Counted from the first letter of the stretch, positions 50,730-62,629 are shown. The stretch: DNA of 64,000 nt from Prorocentrum cordatum (GCA_963575745.1 CAUYUJ010000248.1:124001-188000), one strand, 5' to 3'. The notes: generated from the letters alone by a model not told the origin. Program-made: numbers and translations.

Positions 50730-53700
50730 ATGGGCCAGTGCCGGAGCGCCGCAAGCCCGAAGGACAGGAGCCAGGCCTACGTCCCCAGCAGGTCCCCCAC
50801 CGGCAGGGCCGGCAAGAGGGCCCGGTTCGGCTACTGTGTCGGCGGCGCGCCGAGGAGTGAAGCGAGAGTGGGCGGGCCCGCTCAGGGAGGCGGCGGGGCT
50901 TCTCGGAAGCCCGCCGGCCTTCGGGGAGTCCTCCGGAGAAGGGCTCCGAGAGTTTTTCCAGAATGCCAGAGGCCTTCCCGTGCCTGCTGAGAAGGCCCGC
51001 CCCCTCTGCCCTCCCCTCTGGGCGCGCCGCTACACGTAAGAGTGACCCGTCGCCAGAGCGACATTTGGTGCAAGAGGAGGAGGAGGAGGAGGAGGAGGAG
51101 GAGGAGGAGGAGGAGGAGGAGAAGAAGAGGAGGAGGCGGAGGAGGAGGCGCGGCTGCTGGGGGGCGTGGGGGGGCGGCCACACCCAAGCGCAGGCCGCCT
51201 CTGTCGCATCGCATCGCACGCAACGATCGGCAAGCCTCGCACCAAAGGCCACTCTTGCCCAGGGTCACTCCTGCGTGTAGCCGACCTGTTCGGCCGGCCA
51301 TCAGCGGACGACGAGCGGTATGGCACAATGTGGCACGCTGTCGGGGGCACCTGCCCCAGGACTGCTGGAGAGTTTAGACCCCGACGTGCCACCGCAGGGA
51401 GTAGGATCTCCAGCCGTCCTGGGACTGGCGTCCCGAAGGGCGGAAAAGTATGTGTCGCGCCACTGTGCATCCGCCAAGGTCAGGGGGCAGCTTCGCCAGC
51501 CAGAAGGACCCTGCGCCAAAGACGGCACCGAAGGAAGTCTGTGAGAAGAAAGAGCTGCGAGCCCACACCTGTGATGGCACGAGGAGGTTGGGCCTCTTGA
51601 CGCCCGTCAGTTGGGAGAGGTCGACAGAGGAGTTGAAGTGGAAGCCACCGGACGAACTCCAGAAGATCAAGCAGGACACTGAGGCAGAGCTTGCCGCGGC
51701 CGCTGGTCGACAGGATACGCAGGCGAGAGAGCTCGATTGGAAGCCGAGCGCCCACACGGGCACGGCAGGCGAGGCTCTTGGGCCGAGCACGACTGCGAAG
51801 TCGCCCCCGAAATCACAGGCTGCACTCGGCGGCGCTTGCCCCTCCACGACATTCGGCGGCTCAAAGATGGGGCCCTGAGGGCTGGGGCTCTGAGCATAGG
51901 AAGGGGCCCGAGGCTGGATTTACGTCATTGTCTGAGGCGTTTCGTCTTGGCCTCCCAGATGGGGTCGGAGTAGATGGTGTCGGAGGATCGTGCCGCAAAG
52001 CTGACACATGGGCGATGCGGCTCAATGTGGAGGCGATGCTCTCCACGCCGATGCATCGGTGATGCGTCGGCGATGCGGCGCAATCCTCGGACCCCACTAC
52101 TCCGACCCCATCCCCTCTACAGTCGGGCACCAGAAAAGCCTGGGTGCACGAGGAGGGCTGGAGGAACAGCCATGGAAGGACCGAAGGCACGTCGTGCCCC
52201 TTCCGAACCCAAACTGTTCCTGATGTCAGCGTCTTGGCTGTACCTCGTCCTTAGGGCCCCACCCCTCAGGACCCCACCTTTGAGCCACCGAGACGTCCCC
52301 CGCCGCGCCGGCAGACGCGGCGGTGGCCGCGGGCCCGAGCAGGGCGGCGAGCCATTTGCAGGTGACCCTGGAGGACCCGCTCGCTCTTCTCGGGCCAGAC
52401 GCCCTCTGCGGCGGCCGGCCATACGCAAGAGTGACCTCGTCGCCAGAGTGACCTTTGGTGCAGGCACACTCCGGCGGCGAGCGAGGGGGGCAAGCGAGAA
52501 GATGCGAGAAGGAGGAGGCCTTGTCAGAAGGCGGCGGGGCTTCTCAGAAGCCCTCCGGCCTTTTGAGAAGCTTGCTGTGTCTTCGGGGGAGGCTTAGAAA
52601 AGGCCGGAGGGCTTCCGGGCCTTCTGAGAAGGCCACCCTCTCGCACTCCCCCCCTTGGTCGACCGCCTACTCTGGTGCAGGAACACTGGGGCCCCCAGAT
52701 GACCGAACGCGATGCGATAGCGGCGGCTTGCGCGCTCGGGAATGGCCTCCCCGCGGCACCCGAAGGTCGCGCACCACAGGTCACTCTCGCCCAGGGTCAC
52801 TCTTGCGAATAGCCGAGGCGGGGGCACTGGGCTGGCTGGCCTGCAGTGGGACAGCACGTGGGCCGACGACCCCGCCGGACCCCGCGACGAGTACCACCGC
52901 CTCCAGGTGAGGTTGAGCACGAGGGACAAGGTGAGGAGAGAGCTGGGACTTGGGTTCTTCGGGGAGCCCGCCGCTCTGGCCAGGAGCATGCCCCCGCAGG
53001 TGAGCAGCTCGTGCTTGTTCCGCGACGTGAGCGAGGCGGCGCAAGAGGGCATCGCGCCTGCAGGGGGCTACAACCTCCTGGGCCGCTACGACGTGTGCTG
53101 CGTGAAGACCTGCGCAGACCTCGACAGGAAGTGGAGCTTCCTGAAGAGCCAGAAATTTGACTTTTGGGTTGCCCACGCTGCCGCCGTGAACATCGGCGAG
53201 TCTGTGGACGCCCCAGACTTCGGTGATTTTCAAAAGCTCGAGAGCGAGGCCATGAAGGTCCTTGACAGGTGGAAGTACATCGAGGCCATGGGGCACATCA
53301 TGGACAACATCGTCAGCATCTGCACTAAGTTGCAGATCAAGCAGATGGTGTTCTTCCCGTTCGGAATGGGCGCCTTCCTCAGGCACCTCGGGCAGATCGA
53401 TGCGAGCTTTCTTCAGGACGAGGAGATGCTGAAGCTGCGGCGGGCCCTGGCAGCGCGAATGGTGGAGAGCTGGGCGAGGTTGCCGCAGGGGCTCAAGGTT
53501 CGGCGACGAGCGAGGGGGGGAAGCGAGAAGGAGAAGGCCTTCTCAGAATGTTAGGAAGTCTCCCGGCCTTCTGAGGAGTTTTCTGAGCCTTCACCGAAGA
53601 CAGCGAAACAACTTCTCAGAGGGCGCGAGGGCTTCTGAGAAGTCCCGCCGCCTTCTGAGGAGGCCTGCTCCTTCTCACTTCCCCCCTCGCTCGCCACCGA

Positions 53701-54716
53701 AAGGTTCACCTCTGTCTGCAGTTCGCCACCGACGAGGCCCAAAGGAACGCGGACGCCTTCTTGCGAGCTCTCTCGGCGAACACGGCCTCCGGCCACAGAA
53801 GCCTTCTCGTGAAGGATCGCGTCGTGGTAATCCCCGAGGGCGACGCGCTCAACGTCGCCAGCGACCTGGCCGTGAGGTCCGACGGGGTGCTGCTCGTCAA
53901 CGGCGCGAACCGCCGGCTCATCCAAAGGAAGAGCAAAGCCAGCATAAGCATATCGTGCGTGCTTGGCGGTCCACGCGGGCTTCTTGGATTTACCACCCAC
54001 CAAACCACGCCAACTCAACCCGAAGGCCTCCCTTTGCCCTCCATTTCCAGTGTGGGGGGGTGGGGGAACACTGAAAGAACACATGGAACCCGTACCCCCC
54101 CCCCAATCCGAAATTTCGATCAAATTCGGGTCTTCGGGTTGGGTTGGGGTGGTCTGGTAGGTAGTCATGGATCGGCGCTGGATCACCCCTCGCGGGCTGC
54201 GCCAGGCGCGCCAGGGGCGGCGCCAGAGGCGCCGCCAGGGGGGCCCAGCGCCGATGGAAGAGCTCTGCGCGGACCGTCCAACGTTTATGCTCATGCCATT
54301 GTTAGGTCGGGCATGTCCCCCCACAGGCGGATTTTGGACGAAATAAGACAGAGTCAGACAATGTTCAACACATACCCCAAACATAGTTTTTTTTTTTAAT
54401 TGCCCCCCGGGCAATTGTTGGATTATTCTTCTTCTTGTTCTTCTTCTTCTTCTTCTTGAGTACTCCTCCTGTAAAGGGAGACGCCCGACTGAATGCCACT
54501 GTTTTGTCTTCCCCGACCGTCGGCAACCACTGGTTCGCCGGCAGAGCGAGGGCGGCCATGGACGAGAACCTGCACCGGAGGAGCTGGCGCCTAGCCGCCC
54601 TCTCCTACGTGCTGAACGGGCACGGTGGAGAGCAGGACACCCCGCGGCGGCACCGGGACACGCTGGCCGAGCGGGTGCGGCAGCTGGGAGGAACCGTTGC
54701 CGATCTGAACTGCTAG
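50730..54716 (+). CDS. Spliced protein with an N-terminal MGQCRS acylation motif and a macrodomain-like (putative ADP-ribose hydrolase) C-terminal domain; exons 50730-50791, 51479-~51713/51818, ~52293-52410, 52818-53497, 53704-53922, 54522-54716
   Basis: Phase-compatible junctions AG|GT (50792)/AG|G (51478), GC (52411)/AG (52817), GT (53498)/AG (53703). Motifs WVAHAAAVN, VFFPFGMGAF, LVNGANRRL(I)GNHWFAGRARAAMDENLHRRS. Exon 2/3 boundaries uncertain. Confidence 0.75.
51026..51284. mobile_element. TIR element (agagtgacc family) in intron 1, with a (GAG)n core
   Basis: gctacacgtaagagtgacc...ggtcactcctgcgtgtagccga; same TIR type as 52415-52816. Confidence 0.75.
52120..52240 (-). mobile_element. 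Internally deleted Tc1/mariner-like MITE
   Basis: TA|CAGTCGGG...GGCTG|TA; reverse complement of the 58689-58852 family. Confidence 0.7.
52411..52817 (+). mobile_element. Introner: GC-AG intron formed by a TIR element with a GGCGG duplication
   Basis: ~46-bp imperfect TIRs at 52415-52461 and 52771-52816; GGCGG at 52410-52414 and 52817-52821. Confidence 0.85.
53498..53703 (+). mobile_element. Introner: GT-AG intron that is a foldback MITE
   Basis: ~50-bp TIRs ttcggcgacgagcgaggggg.../...ccccctcgctcgccaccgaa; AAGGTTC repeated at both junctions. Confidence 0.9.
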
Positions 54717-55689
54717 ATTCAGGTGCAGCGATAGGGGGGGATAGGCATAGGGGGGGAGGCATCGATCCCCAATCGCCCATTGATCGCCGATAGGGGCCCG
54801 ATAGCCCCACCCAGCCCAGGAACCGTCGTCGATCTGAACGGCTAGATTGTCTGCAATCGAAGAGGAAAAAGCCACATAAACATGAACTTGTGGCGCTCCG
54901 TGCGGATTTCTTGGATCCGTTTCTGGGCCCTCCGGAGGCGCCTCCGGCACCCCCCTGGCGCGCTCCGCGCGCCAGGGAGGGGTGGTCCAGCGCGAATCCA
55001 AGAAATCCGCGCGGAGCGCCAAAAGATTATGTTTATGTGTTTTGTTTCGTCTTCCATGCAAGTCAACCTGGCTGCGCTGCCGCGTGGCAGAGCACCCCGC
55101 GGCGGACCGTCGTCGATCTGAGCGGCTAGGCTGTTCACAGGACGGATCTGGCTGCGCTGCCGCGCGGCAGAGCGCCCCGCGGCGGCATCGGGACACGCTG
55201 GTCGAGCGGGTGGGGCAGCTGGGAGGAGCTGGCGTCGATCTGAGCGACCAGCCTTCTTTCAAATTAATCCGCTCGCGCTGCCGCGCGCATCCGCCACCTC
55301 GCCCTGGGGAGGGCGGGAACCGGAGGGCGTGCGGGGCGGGCCGCCCTTCCTGGCACTCTCCTCCTCCTCCTCCTCCTCCTCCTCCTCCTCCTCCTCTTCC
55401 TCCTCCTCCTCCTCCTCCTTCTCCTCATCGTTTTCCTCCTCCTCTTCCTCTTCCTCATTGTTTTCCTCATCGTCTTCCTCCTCCTCCTCCTCCTCCTCCT
55501 TGTCCCTCCTCCTGCGGCGTACGGGGCGGCCCTGTCCTTCCTGGCGCTGTGTGTTCGGGGTGGGCCGAGGGCCCACGTGCTCGGAGCAGGAGCGGAGAAG
55601 CACGGGCGCACGCCGTGCCCGCTGACTCGAGAGGGGGCCCGCTCACGCGCCAGAGCCGCAGCACCGCGCGGGGACCGATGAGGACGGCA

Positions 55690-55940
55690 GTCGCCAGCAC
55701 CTGCACAGCTTTTTGACGCTGCCGCCGCCGCCGACGACGACGACGACGACGACGACGCCGACGCCGACGACGAGGAGACGACGACCAGTCCGATGAGGAC
55801 AGCAGTCGCCAGCACGTACCTGCACAGCTTTTTGCCGACGCCGCCGCCGACGACGACGACAACGACGCCGCCGACGAGGAGACGACGACCAGTCCGATCA
55901 GGACGGCAGTCGCCAGCACATCCTTGCACAGCTTTTCGGA
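55690..55940. repeat. ~120-bp tandem duplication with (GAC)n
   Basis: ggacggcagtcgccagcac...ctgcacagcttttt repeated. Confidence 0.8.
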
Positions 55941-58688
55941 TGTTGCCGCGTTGCCTTGGGCATCGCTCGTTTTCCGGCGGGCCCGCGCCGAGCGGCATCC
56001 GCCACGGCCCCTCGCCGCGCCAGAGTCGGCGCTGGGGCGCTGCAGTGGGCGCCCGCTCCCTGAGAGGAAGTGCTAAGCCATGGGCGTTGGCCCCGCCCGC
56101 ATCTTCCGCCCCCCACTTGAGGGAAAGAGTGTGCAGCACCCCGCCCCCTTCTCCTCAATTCCAAGTTGGCACGCTCACGCACTACCGCTCGGACACTCAA
56201 GCTCGGGATATCCGAACTCAACATGGCATTCGAGGGGAGGGGGGGGAGTTCAAACCAATTGTTTCGCGTGGGTGTTGCTTGATTGTTTGCGACACCTGCC
56301 ATGCCATCCTGCTCGGGGACAGCGAACCCAGACCAAACCAAGGAGGGGTGGAACTCCCGTTTCCGCGCCATCTTTTCTCAGGGGCAGTGTTAGGGGGAGG
56401 ATTAGCCTCAGAGGAAGACGAATCGACCACCAATCGCCAATACATCGACGATAGGGTCCCGATAGAAAGCCCCAGCCTTCCCAGGAACGTTCGAAATTCG
56501 CTATCGCGGGCCTATCGCCAGTCTATCGGCGATGTGTCGCCGATTCCAGACAGATTTTCCCCCCCCTTGGGCTGGTCTCCCCCCTACGGTCGGGCCGAGG
56601 TACAAGATCGAGGTCGGCTCGGAGAGGGTACCCTAATGTTCTTCGTGCTTGCTGGATGTTCCTGTGCATCCTAGGGGAGGGCACCCTCGAGAGGTCTTCA
56701 GTTTGGGCCGGCTGAGGGTCTCATGCTTTTGAAGGATGTTCCTCTGTCGTAGGTCTGGCTGTCATTATCGTTCCCTCTTATTGTCGGGGACAGGGGACCC
56801 AGACCAGACCAAGGAGGGGTGGAGCTTCCCCGGGGCTGGTCCGGGATGTTGCACCCCCTCCTCGGGGAAGAGCCCTAGCGGCCAGCCAGACATGATCCGC
56901 CCCTCCTCAGTCTCAGGCGATCGCAAGCATGGATTAAGGGGGCGTGGAATAGCGACGGGTCCCGCTTCCGCGGGAAATCGCGGATGTCCGCCGCCGAGCG
57001 AGGCGGCACCGGCCGCATTTTGGGGAGGGCGCCTCCCCCGATCCATGACTTGGCGACCGCGCGCCAAATCCATGGATCTCAGGAGGGGAAGAAACACACA
57101 GACACAATTAATCGTCGATTCCCAGGAAAAGATGCGAAAATATGGGAAGTGGTGGGGAGGACAATATGGAAAAATATGGGGAATAGTTTTATTTGTGTGT
57201 ATTTATTTGTGTGTCCCAGGGCCCCTTTAGGATCGCGAATCCATGTTTGCGCTCCCCCGACGGTCTGGCCCGGGTCCCCCTCCGCCTCGAGCCCCACGGG
57301 CGCCAGGCGCTCGCCCTCGCGGCTCCTGGCGCCAGGGCGCGCCGCGCGCGTGCCCCCCTCGTGGGGGAGCAGCGAACGCCCCCAGAGGGGCCCCCTCCTC
57401 CTCCTCCTCGCTCCTCCTCCTCCTCGCTCCTCCTCCTCCTCCTCCTCCTCCTCCTCCTCCTCCTCCTCCTCCCCTCCTCCTCCTCCTCCTCCTCCTCCTC
57501 CTCCTCTCCCCGAGGCCCGAGGGTCCGACGATCCCCCCTGGCTCGGGCCGGACGACAGGGGGGGATGACTGGGAAAGGGGGGGTGGTACGAAGTCTGCTG
57601 CGTGCAGCTGGTTTCGACCCCGCCGAGGGGCCCATTCTTCGGTACATGGCCGCCTCCAGCGCTGGGAGGCGCCGGGAAAAAATCAGCGACGTGAGCTGAT
57701 TCTCCCCCCCCCCCCTTTGCTATCCCCCCCTTTCGCCTGGCCCGACTGGCGGAGAGGGGCCGCGAGGCGGGCCCAGGATCGGGCTGCGGTCGACCCGCAC
57801 AGTCTGATCATTTTTTCTTCGGGTGGAGGGCAAAGGGTGAAATCTGAAATGCCGTCTCGATGGATTTCCGAGGCTTGATCTGCAAAAGGCGAGCAACATA
57901 ACGGATCCATTTTCGGGGTGCAAAAACCCATATGGAATTCACCCTGAGCCATCCACCCGAAGAAAGTTATCATATAGTAAGATGAGCAACTTTCCAAGGT
58001 TGGTTACCCTCGCATCCTTCCTCTTCGGCCACTCCTTGGCCGCTTGCGCTGGCCGCGCCCCACTCGCAAAGTGTTGGCATGGCCTTCCAAGGCCCTTTCA
58101 CCCTTCTCGTGTGTCCGTGAGATACGGGTTGAATGTAACTTGTTCCGAAGCCTTCTGGAACGCAAGCGAGCTGTGGGCACGAGAGCAGAACAGCAGCCAG
58201 GCACATGGGTCCGGAAGCGTGGCGGCGAGCGACATGCCAGATCCAGCGGCACAAGAGAGAATACAGACAAGACGTTGAAATAAGGAACAGGGTGGTCTCA
58301 CGTTTCGGAAACGGCCGATCGTTCCCCGAGATGGCCGTCGGGATGGCTTGCCCTTCAGGATGGTGCCCGTCAGGATGGTGCCCGAGAAGGGTCTGGGGCC
58401 GGCTGTTGGCGCACTCGCCACGGGAGGGCGAGAGGGACTGGTGGCAGAAAGGGGGGGGGCAGGAGAGGGGGGGGGAGAGTCGGTCGGTGCTGAACGATCT
58501 GACTTTCAAGGTTGAACGACCCCCGCGGTGTCGAGAGCCGGCGCCGAGGTCGGCGCGGCACGGCCCTGCAGACATACCCTGGTCCGGTGTTGTCCGGTTC
58601 TGCCCTCGTCGTGTGCGTGGAGGCGGGGGTGCCGGGGAGGCGGCGCGGGGGTGCCAGTGAGGAGGGGGGAAAGAAGGACGTACACGTA

Positions 58689-58852
58689 CAGTTACCCTGA
58701 AATGAGGAACAGTTTGGGGTCGGAAGGGGCTCGATGTTGCTTAGGTTCCTCCAGTGCTGTTCCTCTTGCCCTCCTGGGGCACGGAGGCGCTTACAGGGCC
58801 AAGAAGGGGCTTCGTTCCTTATGTAGCGTTCCTTCTTTCAGCGGCCCGACTG
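58689..58852 (+). mobile_element. 164-bp Tc1/mariner-like MITE
   Basis: TA|CAGT...ACTG|TA termini; relatives at 29352 and 52120. Confidence 0.75.
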
Positions 58853-60049
58853 TACATGAATCCACGCTGGTTTCGAGAATTCGCACTGCGCGAATGTTCG
58901 TATCACGCGGCAGATCTCGCGGGTCAAGGGGCCGTGTTCATGTACACAGCTGGGTGAGTTACGTCTTGTGTGGGCCCCCTATGTGAGGAGGGGGGAGGAG
59001 TCGCTCCCTTGTGGCTCCAGCGCCTCGCCCTTCCCCGCCCCCGCCCCTCGGGGGCAGCATCAGGCAGGGATGGGCTCAGAAGGGGTGGGTGGGACGCATC
59101 GACCCCCAGACGCCCCCTCATCGCCGATCGGGGGCGGGGAGCCCCCAACCTTCCCAGGATCGCGCGGCTTCGCGATCGGGGGCCTCATTCCCGATCTATC
59201 AGCGCTGTATCGCCGACTCAAGCTCGACGTTCCCCCTCCCCTTGAGCTGGTCTCCTCTGAATCGTTCCCCCTCAGCCCCGCTCGTTCCCGCTCCCCGCTC
59301 CTTTCCCTTTCGTTCCCGTTCTCCGCTCTCCGTCCCCCCTTCGCTCCTTTCGCTCCCGCCCTCCGCTCCTTGCCCCCCCGCTCCCCGCTCGCGCCTCCGC
59401 CCCCGCTCCCGCGCGCCGAGTCCCGTGCCCGGCCCCCGCTCGTCGTCGCCTTCCCTGGCGGAAGTTCCGGCGATGCGGGAGGGCGGCTCTGCTGTCAACG
59501 GCACCGCAACGGGTACTTACTAACGGGTACTTTGAATTGTTGCCGAAAGTTGCCACTTTAGGGCCTTTTTCTTGCATTGCAGCTTTGCCCACATCGGGAA
59601 GGGTTGGGTTCGCTGGGTCACTGGCCAAAGTACCCGTTAGTGGAGTCCCCGTTTGAGGGGCGCTGATGCTGGCCGAGGCTCGGAGGAGGGCATCGGCGGC
59701 GGGAGTGAAGAGGCAGGCCGTCCCAGAACGAGCAGCGCCGGGGCACCCAGGAGGTTCCGGAGTCGGGCAGCGGCTCCGCGGTGGCGGGGCCAGCAGCGGT
59801 TGGTGGGACAGCGGCCAGCGTTGCCAATACCTTGCCCATCCTCTCCCTGTTGCACCTCCTCCCGATCCCCTTCCTCGCTATTGTTGATGCCGCAATCTTG
59901 AAAAAGGGTGAGAAAGATGAAGAGGAGGAGGAGGAGGAGGAGGAGGAGGAGGAGGGGGAGGAGGAGGAGGGGGAGGAGGGGGAGCAGGAGGAGGAGGAGG
60001 AGTTGTTGTTTTTTTTCTTGTGAGGCCGTCAGCCTGGAACAAAACTTGC

Positions 60050-61660
60050 TTCTGCTCAGTTCGGCTCTCGCCGCTTGGAGGGGGGCTCCTCGCCCCATGG
60101 TGCGGCTTGGAATAGGCTGCACACCGTGGAACACGACAGAACCCTCTCCCCATGTATCGCCTGAGCTTGGCCCAGCCTGTCCAGCTCGTCTTTGGCCTTG
60201 CTAGACGCATGCTTTAGACAATATTTGGCCAGAGCAATGATGTTTCTCTTTCCTACTTGTCCGCAGACTGTGCAGAAAAGATACGCTGTCTCCTCTGAAT
60301 AATTCACATGGTGCGAATCGTGCACTCTCTGCTGGCCCACAAGTGCCCACCTCAATCCGCGGCTTCGCAGGACTGGAGGATGCCGCAGGTTGGGAGCACG
60401 GTGTGGTCAGCCATTCATGCGCAATCGAACGACTCACAGTGGAACGACTGACGACACATCTCAAGAGGCCGGCCGCATCGAAAAGTACATTGCACTGGGA
60501 GGCGTCGATCGCCTGCTGCAGTTGTTGTTCACGCTTGCGCCCAACGCGCACCTGTCGCGCGTTTGGAGGCCTCGCTTGTGGGTCCTTCTGGACTGCATCT
60601 AAAAACGTGGCGGCTATTCTGGATCTCACCTTCTGCGAAATTCCTTTCGCGATGGCGAGTGTTGCTATATCTGCCTGTGAGACCTGCACGCTCGGACTGA
60701 TCTGGTCTGCAAGCTTGTCAGCCAGAGCGCTCATCAAAATTGCTGCTGGGTGTGTGCCTGCTGCTAGGGCCGCCTCAAGGGCCCGGTAGAAGTCAACCTT
60801 CCAGAGGGCACCGTTTTCTTCTGCAAGTGCGCTCTCACGCTGCTCCACAGATCTACGTGGCTCGCGTGCTTGGCGCACCCGCGCATCTCGCGAGCTACTC
60901 CTTTTCGCACGTAGTCCGAATCCACAACGTACAGGAGCCTTCCGACTGACCGCCTGAAGCCTGGGAGCCCTCCCGCTCGCCGTGGGCGAGCTCCAAGGCT
61001 CGGGTCTCCAGCGCACTTGGAGAGCTGCCAGATGCATTAAAGATCAGCGTGGCCCAACTCACCCGTCTGAGGCGTTTGCCCCGAGTGTTCGGACCACTCG
61101 ACGCGCCTCCCCCCCCCACTGCCAAGCCTCATTGACGGGGTGGCCAGAAGCGACATGCCCGACCATCTCCTCTGGGGGATTGGTAAGCCTCGCCCATTCC
61201 TTGGGCAGCAAGCCTCTCAGCCAATGCCCTGGTCGCGATTCTAGCTCGGCCAGTGCACGGGGAACTAGAAAATCTGAATGGATGCAGGCGGGGATGGTGC
61301 AGTTGCCTGGGCATTGCCACGTTCCGTGTGTGAGCGCCTCTTGGACCTGCTGATCGCACCGCTGACACGTGCTATCGAGAAGGATGCCCTGATCGGCTAG
61401 CCGCGCACGCGGCCACGAAGAACCAGTGACAGCCACGAGAGTGGCTCCATACCACTCCCGCTTCTCCTTCCTCCGGAGGTTTTTCAAACACCCTATGGTT
61501 GGAGTCAAATCGACTCCGCACTCTAAGCCGGCGCTGCTGTAATGCTTGGCCACGCGTTTCCAGAGTATTGGCTCTATGGACTGCCGTAGCGCAGATTTTA
61601 TTCTGACGCGTCAGTTTTGCCCGCTGCAAGGAGCTCCTCGGAAGCCTTGAGTTCAACTCC
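60050..61660 (-). mobile_element. 5'-truncated LINE C-terminal region (Zn finger and Cys-rich tail), frameshifted
   Basis: VAVTGSSWPRARL...STCQRCDQ...HGTWQCPGN...WLRGLLP; LRCVV; HDSH...LFCTVCG; stop followed by a repeat-rich 3' end. Confidence 0.8.
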
Positions 61661-61719
61661 CTCAGGCGTCTCCCAGTGCCACGGACCGTGCGGATACCAA
61701 TTCTTCACGCTTCGCGTAT

Positions 61720-62625
61720 CCCCACCAGCCCATCTCAAAACAGCAACTCTTGCGAAACATGCCGACAGTCGTGTTTTTCAGGCGTGTTTCCGCCTGCCCC
61801 CGCATATCTCCCCTGTTCCTCCTTCCTCCCGCCTCCTTGTACATCCTCCTTGTGGTGGGAGCGGGAGAAGGACGAGGCGGAGGAGGAGGGAGAGAAAGCG
61901 CTCCTCGTGGTTTGAGTCGTTTGGGGTTTCTCGTCCTGGGATGAGTCGTTCGGGCCCTTCTTCCTGGTGTGAGTCGTTCGGGCTCTTCGTGGTGTGAGTC
62001 GTTCGGGCTCTTCGTCCTGGTGTGAGTCGTTCGGGCTTTTCGTGGTGTGAGTTGTTCGGGCCCCTCGCTTGCAGCCCGCGCCCAACTTGATTGGCGAACC
62101 TGCCTCTCAGGTGCAGCTCAAGCCTGCGAGCCTGAGCAGGGTATTGACTTGTGCCCCGTGGGCTCCGAGCAAAGCAAATAAAAAAGGTGGACGGTTTACC
62201 GCCAGCGCCCAGTGGCAGCCAGTCCCGTGGGACGCTCACTGCACAACTTCTCGGGAGAGATCGCTGGATCGTCGACGTCGTCGTCCATGGAATCGTCGTC
62301 GTCGAAGTCGTCGTCGTCATCGTAATCGTCGTCGTCATCGTCGTCGTCGCCGTCATCGTCTGAGACGTCGCCGTCATGTGAGTCGTCTGACTCGTTCACG
62401 TGTATGACTCGACGACGACCGCCCTCTGTCTTGCCTCCCATCGCCTTGTCTCCCTCCTCCTCGTCCGACTCGTCCTCCCTCCGCTCCCCCCACAAGGAGC
62501 ATGTAGAAGGAGGCAGGAAGAAGAAGGAACAGGGGATATATGCGAGGGCAGGCGGAAACACGCATGAAAACACGACGGTCGGCATGCTTCGCGGGAGTTG
62601 CTGTTTAGAGATGGGCTGGCGGGCT
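61720..62625. mobile_element. ~900-bp foldback element with ~180-bp TIRs
   Basis: 61720-61900 is the imperfect reverse complement of ~62440-62625. Confidence 0.8.
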
Positions 62626-62629
62626 TCGT

